From Laetmonice hystrix (taxonomy: Eukaryota), in assembly GCA_965235115.1 (NCBI GenBank), contig OZ249436.1, positions 14,758,001 to 14,818,000 of the forward strand: a stretch of 60,000 bases of DNA. Direction: 5' to 3'. The notes beneath the pieces were generated by a model. That model was not told where the DNA came from, did no database searches, and saw only the letters and a list, made by a program, of their open reading frames with translations. The translations under genes and the position numbers were made by a program. This document shows positions 56,276 to 60,000 of the stretch, piece after piece (the stretch's first letter is position 1; every line of letters starts with the position of its first letter).

Positions 56276-59200
56276 TTTGAGTTTGAGTTGGCTATAGTGA
56301 CTTAATTTCCATCCGAATGCATGTGCAGTCTCGAATGCACGCAGCATTATGTAGGCCTATACATCATCAGTTACCACTCTAGATTATCTAAAAGATGCTT
56401 GCTGCTGGTTTCTGGGCCATCATGAACTAGGAAAATATGTTCTTCTTTCTAATTAAATACATCCAGTTGGAAATAAAGTTTAATTTTATAACCACCTGGT
56501 TCATCTTATGAAAACAATTATCTTAGCAAGCGGTGCCCAGTTGCCCAGAGGTTATGGAACGAGTGCAGGTGTACCAGCAGCTATTTTCCGAGTATAGACC
56601 TAGTTCCTTTGGCCCAGGTCTCATTGTAGGGTTCCCTTTGCCAGTTGCTAAGACAGTCAGAGGCCATAACGTATGAGCCCGAGCACCTTTCTACTGTGCT
56701 CCTAATTTGCTTAACCAAGTGGGTGAAATAGTATGAAGCTTCAAAGATGCACCACAGTTTCGCCCTATTTTCCCTTGTCTGCAAAATAGAATCTATACAC
56801 CGCACCATGGTTTGGGACCCTGCTGTCAGATTGCCATGTCATACTTTGAAACTGGGCAGAGTTTGAACAAGTTTGACCAAATGGCTACATCCATCTTGCC
56901 CGTGGAGAGCGTGCTGCTTACACTGACTCACTCAGCACATGGACCTGCAGGTAGAGCAGCGCCAAGCGGCCGCCTCCGAGCTGAGGTGCTCATCAGTAAG
57001 GAACAGCGACGTTTTTTTCCTCCACCTGGGTTGGCAGTTTAGAAGGCAAAGAGGACAGAAATAACCCAGATGTTGCCGAGATTAGATCCGGGAAGTACTT
57101 GCTCTTTCCCTCCACGTCAGACCTCTTAGGCCCTGGGGCAGGTGGAGGAGTAGGGAGGGGCAAGTGGTGTAGAGCAGTTACAGGCTGGTACTTGGGGAAG
57201 CCCGGCCCCCGGCCCATGTTGTGCCTTATGATCAATTGATACCACTCGCAGCTTCAACCCTTGTCCATCGAATTCTGACAGCTCCTGTTCGACTGGGCCT
57301 CCCTGGCAGGATGCGCTCCCAGTTACCGCAAACTCTCGGCTTACAGCGCCCCTAGACACCTTCATCTCTATGCAGCCGCAAAATTTATTCAGCTTTGATG
57401 TAATTTCTTTTCATATCAATCCTCAAATTCATCATTCTGATCATGAACCATTATTCATGAGCAAACCTTTACTCGTGTTGATATAATTTCCGGCGGTGGG
57501 TGAGACTTGGGGTTTTCTTGACGACCTGGTAAGTGTGCTAGTCACACACACAGGTGGTCGGCGAGGGTGCTGCTTACAACAAACTGCCCGAGCTGCACTA
57601 ACCCAACCCTTTTTTTGTCGGGACACCTAGGACCCTGGCCATGAACTTGTTATCTGGTTTCCATCTTTATCCTCGAATATACTCCTCAAAGGGATGGCGG
57701 AGCAACCCAAGAAGGCCGTTGCCCCATACCACAGAGAATACCAGTACACCAAGTTTATAAGGGTCTTGTTGTGTCCCTTTAAGACCTATTCCCCTCCCCT
57801 TTATTGTCTAATTAATTTAAAGGCAGAGAGAAGTATTGAGGCTGATTGTCACCTCTGAACGTAATGCTGTGCAGTCTATGCGTGTAGACGTGGCGCGTGT
57901 ATGGGTGTGTTCACGAGTGATTTGTGGCCGTTGCTGGTTCCAATGTCTTGCTGAGATTGGAAATGTTTCTGAGCAGAGGTTGGCCGACTCTGGTCGCCCT
58001 CTTACCTGTCTGGGTGGGGTCTGTGCTTAAAGTGATTGCCCGGTGTGTTTGTGCACTACTCGAACAGCTTGATGTAGGCCTATATCCACTCGGAGTATTG
58101 ATGGTCACTGCTGTAGACCTACGTACTAGTGAACAGTATCAAGAACACCAAGAACAGAATGCAGTATCATTTCGTGAAAGTCTTCATAACCAATATATTG
58201 TAATATTGACCGCTTCATCCAACCTTTATCATTATGCATTGTATAGGCCCATAACCCAGCAAATACGGGGGTACATAAGTATATCGTTGTAGGCTAATCT
58301 CAGAATTACAAATGGCCTTTTTATCGAATCACTGAGAGCACGTGATAAGGAGATGCTCATCAAGTGATGCGGCATCTTTTGAGTAAATCTTTTAATTCCT
58401 CAAAAAGGAAAGGACCGGAAGTGGATGCTGTCTCACCAGACAGAGTGAAAAAATATCTCTATGAAATAATTGGCCGCTTGACATACATTTCGGAGGGGAG
58501 TGTGAGGCAAAAACAAACGCACCTTGCACCGCGACTGTTTGCTGTTTACGAGACAGAAAACCATCAAACAGTAGTTAAAAACTCTTCTGTATTCCAGTCA
58601 ACACAAAGTGCTAAAAAACCGAGAGGAGTTATTCGTGGTTAGTAGGTCAGATTTGTTAGCCTCATCGCAGGAGTGTAGGAATTGTACCACGTGACTAGTA
58701 GGATATACAAGGATCCATTTCATCTCTTTGTTCAGGAAACGTCCTCGCTCGTCACCGTTGATAATTAAAAATTTGTCTGGATATTGTAAAAAACCCACTT
58801 GAATAATAGACTTAGTAAATAGCAAGTCTATGCGTTGCTTAAATCATAGGTTAGTGAGTTACTATAATTTACATGTTAATTAGTATTTTGAAGTTTTGAA
58901 GAACCCCCTAGGGCCGTCAATTGTTGTCTGGGTACCTAATAGATAGTCCTCATAAATGTCTCCACATGCAAGTCTGAGTACATGAACTGAATAATAAAAT
59001 TAGATAAAAAAAATCGCTTGTGGCTGAATAGTCTCAGTAAATATAAACAAATGATTATGATAATGTGTATATAAACACACACTGGCCAATGCAACAGTCA
59101 CCCTGCCCGTGGTGCTGTGCTGAGAAGGCATCCTTGTAGCAACCGCTAAACCACCTTGCCCCGATCCTGTCTCTCAGTTCTCGGCCTACCGCAGGAGTAT

Positions 59201-59837
59201 ATATGCACCAGAAAAACTGAACTGGGCCTCGATCTGATCTTTGACAGAGGGACACGCCGCCGTATAGTTTGGCAGTGACAGACGCTCACTGCACAAACAC
59301 TGCCGAGTCAAGCACTCGTGTAGCTGGTACTCGGCAGTTCGTACTGTTATGAAATATGAAGCTGATGATAAACTAAGCTTTTAGTGTCATCAGTGTCCGA
59401 TGAGAGTGATATTACAATAGCAACGATATTAATTAATTCATTAGACTCACAGTCACATGGCAATGAAAGATAATAGTCCTAGATAAGGGCAAAGACCAAA
59501 TCTGGTGTCCTCATTGATTGACCCGGGCCCCCGGGTCCGATTTATAAAAGTTGTCATGGGTATATTACATGGAATTGCCCAATGAAAGGTGACTACTCAA
59601 TGGAGTGCACCTTGAACCTATAGCTCAGTAAACCAATGTGACGCAAGTGATGGTGTCAATGGATGGTCATTTTTAAAAATGTAAGCGTACATTTAAATAT
59701 GTCAATATTGCATAAGTTCTCCTTTCAAAGCATTTTAAATCGTTTTATATTTAGGTATTCGGCTTCAATGTCAGTGCTGTGCTTCCATTAACGTACAGAA
59801 TGTATTCTATATGCATGTTTTCTGTTTTTCTCTACAG

Positions 59838-59899
59838 GTGGTGCTCGTTTTCCTACTCAGCATTGCATCTTTAATAATATACTTCATCGATGCTTCAAC
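59838..59899 (+). CDS. slo: Slo1/BK channel, next coding exon (S1); gene continues beyond the window
   Basis: Polypyrimidine/CTACAG acceptor, VVLVFLLSIASLIIYFIDAS, GTAAGT donor; directly continues ...TTTGRIL in phase 0; 62 nt. Confidence 0.96.
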
Positions 59900-60000
59900 G
59901 TAAGTACGCCTGCACTTAACATTACCTGTTTGCTTTGTTACTGACTCCGACATGAAACATGTTCTGTTCGTTCTAGATGGCAGATATTTTGTGAAGAATT

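Noticed and set aside
57924..58292. 122-aa ORF with a hydrophobic stretch and CVC, considered as an alternative S0 exon
   Set aside because: Non-ATG start, no S0 consensus, lacks the [10 protein letters not shown] segment, and no suitable donor.

Overview
This is animal (invertebrate-like) nuclear DNA with spliceosomal introns, not prokaryotic. No CRISPR array, rRNA or intact tRNA gene was seen. Two host genes are recognisable, both on the + strand. The first is a complete six-exon adiponectin-receptor (AdipoR/PAQR) homologue (CDS 24318-29954, 333 aa as spliced by hand). The second is the first two coding exons of a Slo1/BK Ca2+-activated K+ channel (38592-38882 and 59838-59899), separated by a ~21 kb intron and running off the window. 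At 2172-6993 a minus-strand Ty3/Gypsy LTR retrotransposon has apparently identical 565-bp LTRs, an ATAT TSD, a tRNA-Leu PBS and a PPT. It has an open gag and a -1-frameshifted protease, but no RT, RNase H or integrase core, and it carries a nested 726-bp hairpin-ended, Crypton-like DNA element. The rest is a mosaic of small mobile elements: a Tigger/pogo derivative with a nested MITE, CAG..CTG MITEs with 5-bp TSDs, an 8-bp-TSD MITE, V-domain-like SINEs and tRNA-like Pol III units. There are also minisatellites and candidate regulatory sites (a symmetric YY1/ETS/CRE promoter near 22.2 kb, CTCF-like clusters at 19.2 and 36.3 kb, and uORFs). I found no convincing new multi-gene system. The most unusual object is the young Gag-protease-only LTR element with its nested cargo. 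All family assignments come from motif recognition by eye, not database searches.
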